DNA of 64,000 bases from Balamuthia mandrillaris (lineage: Eukaryota). The stretch covers positions 124,001-188,000 of the forward strand of contig JAVKOQ020000079.1 of the NCBI GenBank assembly GCA_031835245.2. The letters are read 5' to 3'. A program made the position numbers and the translations under genes. Numbering within the stretch: position 1 is the stretch's first letter; every line of letters starts with the position of its first letter. Positions 60,981 through 64,000 of this stretch are shown here, one piece after another. The notes below the pieces were generated by a model. The model was not told where the DNA came from and searched no databases. It saw only the letters and a program-made list of their open reading frames with translations.

Positions 60981-61244
60981 CTCTCTTGCTCTCTTGCTCT
61001 CTTGCTCTCTTGCTCTCTTGCTCTCTTGCTCTCTTGCTCTCATTCTAACAGCCATTTGGCTGATATAGGCCACATTGGTATTGCTGTTCCGGACGTGGAT
61101 AAGGCCTGTGAGCGATTCGAGCGACTGGGCGTCCAGTTTCAGAAGAAGCCTAACGATGGTTCGATGAAAGGCTTGGCCTTCATTAAGGACCCCGACGGCT
61201 ACTGGATTGAGATCCTCAACGGGGGCAACATGGCCTCCCTCTAA
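60603..61244 (+). CDS. GLO1: Glyoxalase I (lactoylglutathione lyase)
   Basis: [54 protein letters not shown]. Intron at 60940-61068. Confidence 0.96.
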
Positions 61245-61515
61245 ACCTTTCTCTTCTTCCTCCCCGAACGCAATGTCGTGTCGTCACAATAAACCCACAG
61301 GTTAAGATCCCGTGTCGTCATAGTAGCCTTTCTTGGCGGCATGCAAAGAAACACGCAAGAAGAGTTAAAAAAAAAAAGGCAACCGACAAAAAAAATAGGG
61401 GCCCAAAGGAACCAGGCAGGTTAAGAAACTCATTGAGTATCGCACGGTGTGGAGGTGTGGAGGTGTGGATGTGCCGCAGCACATTACCATTACTCGTGGT
61501 ACTAGGAAGTTGTGA

Positions 61516-62849
61516 ATGCGGAGAGAGTCACATCCTCCCAGCCCTACTGCCGCTACTACTGCCCTTGGGGTCATCACTGACACGGTTGACAGCAGCCAAC
61601 ACGCCAACAACTGGTGGAAGAACAACAGTTGCAAGAGCAGTGGTGGCGGCGGCGGGAAGAGACTGGAGAGCAGCAGAAGCTATCATCACGCTATGTTGAG
61701 ACACGTGGCCTTTCGTCGGTGGACGCGGTGGCAAGGCCTGTTGGGTTTAGTTGCAATATGCTGCATCTTCTTGGGCAGCTTTGTATTTTATTTTCCTCTT
61801 ACGGCGAGGCGAGAAGGTCAGCAACTCTTACTGTCCTTTCATAATGGTTGTATCTAAGCAAGTTTGCTTAACGTGCATTTTCATAGGCGAAGAGCTTCCT
61901 CAGCAGTGGGTTGACTCCACGCCCTACCGCTGCCCCGACGGTCCTTACAGCTCCGCGCGCAAGTCGCTGCATGACTACATCCTGCAAAAAGTATTGGAGC
62001 CGTATCGCCAAGACTTGCCCTCAAGAGAGGGTTGGATCCTGATGGGAGGACCCGGGTCTGGTAAGACCTCCATCATCAACTCCATCTTTTCGCAACAGTC
62101 GGAGACGCCTATTCGTATCGACCCCGATGAAATGCTTCCCATGCTGCCTGAATACCGCAAGTCGATGCGGTTTTGGAGCGAGACCAAGCAGACCTGGGTT
62201 TTTGCCAAAGATGCTGCCTTTGCTTGTCATGAAGAAGCCCAACATATCGCCCTACTTCTTGCAGGTTGATGTCTAACCCTAGAGGGTTCTTTTTCTTTGG
62301 GTTCAACATGTAGTTAATAGTTTGTTTTCGTTTTTTGCAGAGAAAGTGCTTCAGCTGCATATACCGTTTATATATGATGGAACAGGACGTAACATAACCA
62401 CTTACGAAAAGTTGTTGGGTCTTCTTCAGCAAAATGGTTATCACTCAAACCTTATCCTGACATATTGTCCTTTGGATATTGCTTTGGAGCGGGTGAAGCT
62501 TCGAGGCCAGAACACAGGACGCTTTGTCCCAGAGGAGGTTGTTACAAACATCTATTCAGTTGTTTACTCCAACTTTTTATCTTTGTACCCATTAGTTGAC
62601 CAAGGTTCCTTTCCTCTCCCTCTCCCTCTCCCTACTCTTCCCTCTTTCTTTCCTTTTTTTTTAAAAGCAAAACTTACCAATGGTAATATAGCCTATGTAT
62701 TTGATGCAAGTGGACAACGTCCACAGGCTGCTTGGTCGTGGAACAAGAGACAAGGGCACGCACATCGCTGTCGAGCCACGAAAGAGAGCTTAGTGCGGCA
62801 TGTGCTCTCACTCCCATGCGACATGCATGATGATCACCCGTTCCCTTGA
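61516..62849 (+). CDS. Zeta-toxin-like P-loop kinase with an N-terminal transmembrane anchor
   Basis: TM GLLGLVAICCIFLGSFVFYF; MGGPGSGKT, IDPDEM..LPEY, HEEA, IYDGTG, ALERVKLRGQNTGRFVPEE, VFD. Introns at 61817-61886, 62265-62340 and about 62605-62691. Confidence 0.85.
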
Positions 62850-63009
62850 GCTTCCTCCCTCGCTCTTTTCTATTCTCTTCTTCACTCTCTCATTTCTCTC
62901 TCCTCTCCTCTTTTCTCTTTCCTATTTATTTATTGATAAACAAAACAGTATGAATGGTGGAGTTAAAAAAAGCAGCATTAATTTGTGTGCTATGGCGCGC
63001 ATGGCCTTA

Positions 63010-64000
63010 CTATTCTTCCGTTTTTTTAGTGCAGCGGTAAGGATAGTAGTTGGTAGCTGGTCCTAAATGGTCCAGCCACTCCAATGTTGCCATTTCTGTG
63101 CCTGCTCTTGCTTCTGCTTCTGCTTCTGCTTCGCTGGTGTTTTCGTTGTGAGCATTGCTTCCTGTACCACCACAACACTCTGCCGTTGACAAACAACACA
63201 ATAAAGCCCTGTCTTTATGAACAAAGTCATCGTCAGGCTGTTCAGCGCCGCTGCGAAAGACCGAACAGTTATGAAAGCAGCCAAATCGATAACAGCACCA
63301 CACACGCTCATAGAATCCAAGCTGGAGTAGCCAACGAGGTCGGCTGTTTGGCTGATGGCTAGAATTGCCATCCTGCCCCAAACACACATAGTCGGCCACC
63401 GTGAAACCACAACGGGTGCAGGTCAGGGCTGGCGTCTTCTTCCTTATCGGTGGCAACTGATCCCAATAGCTGTCTATCTCCTCCTCTTTCGCCTCTCCGT
63501 CTTCTTTCGGTTGTTGAGAAGGAGAGTGGAGCTTTTCCAGCGCTGTGTAAAGCGTCGTTGGTGCAGAAGGCGGCGAGTAGATCATTAACTCCAAGTGCGT
63601 AGCTTCGATTTCCAGCTGCTTTCGTTTCTCAGGGTCACGCTCATAGGCCTTACAACAGCAGGCCGGTGCTCCCACTGATCCACACCCCAAAGGGCAAAAT
63701 AACTGTTTGCTGTTGGCATCCCATACTAGGTAGCACCCGCAGCCGGTAGGTTCTGGTACTGGTGGCTCTTGCTCAGGTTCTCCTTCCTCGTCAGGAAAGC
63801 TCGTAATAGGCTCCCAATGGCGCACAGTATGAGGCGGGCGATGGCCTTGGCAGCGAAAGCCTCCAACACACCACTTACACCGCCCACAGGTGAAGGTCGG
63901 CAGCGGTGGGTTCTCTAATAGATAATGCAGCAGCTTTTTCCAGTTGGGTTGTTGTTTTATACCTGTTGCTTTCTCCAGAGTAGATAAAAGACCCACACCA
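63010..64000 (-). CDS. Cys-rich orphan protein, 5' partial, with two similar CxxC-containing modules
   Basis: Open frame of more than 328 codons. FTCGRCKWCVGGFRCQG and LTCTRCGFTVADYVCLG are each followed by further Cys clusters. Confidence 0.7.
   Translation of the reverse strand, partial: GVGLLSTLEKATGIKQQPNWKKLLHYLLENPPLPTFTCGRCKWCVGGFRCQGHRPPHTVRHWEPITSFPDEEGEPEQEPPVPEPTGCGCYLVWDANSKQLFCPLGCGSVGAPACCCKAYERDPEKRKQLEIEATHLELMIYSPPSAPTTLYTALEKLHSPSQQPKEDGEAKEEEIDSYWDQLPPIRKKTPALTCTRCGFTVADYVCLGQDGNSSHQPNSRPRWLLQLGFYERVWCCYRFGCFHNCSVFRSGAEQPDDDFVHKDRALLCCLSTAECCGGTGSNAHNENTSEAEAEAEARAGTEMATLEWLDHLGPATNYYPYRCTKKTEE

Overview
Gene-dense eukaryotic genomic DNA with GT-AG introns that are often filled with microsatellites. 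A free-living amoeba (Amoebozoa, Acanthamoeba/Balamuthia-like) is inferred from gene content but cannot be proven from the window. I reconstructed about 22 protein-coding genes by hand across introns: ferroportin (partial), an F-box/arrestin fusion, a DEK-C/CHZ-like (HIRIP3-like) chromatin protein, a giant-virus-type F-box/ankyrin gene with two decayed fragments, intronless Brr2 carrying a 14-nt frameshifting duplication, a small Pro/Gly protein, telomeric Rap1, a PX plus pseudo-SDR fusion, an IP3 receptor, SENP8/NEDP1, copine, a DHHC palmitoyltransferase, a CDKN3-like phosphatase, a secreted YDGG-repeat protein, a DENN-PH protein, PSMG1, a degenerate FHA protein, an F-box/WD40 protein, a stand-alone SH3 protein, an ELWxxDGT-like surface protein, an ABP34-like actin bundler, glyoxalase I, a membrane-anchored zeta-toxin-like kinase and a Cys-rich orphan. 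The most notable observations are (1) a secreted RGD plus (YDGG[D/N]V[R/V])n protein with an in-frame TAG exactly at a Tyr position; (2) degenerate CCCTAA telomere-like repeats in intron 1 of the Rap1 gene; (3) an intron-containing type II membrane zeta-toxin-like kinase; (4) a DHHC catalytic motif split over 10-nt and 6-nt microexons; (5) an IP3R lacking several IP3-binding residues. Family calls come from motif recognition only; no searches were run, and internal exon coordinates are approximate.
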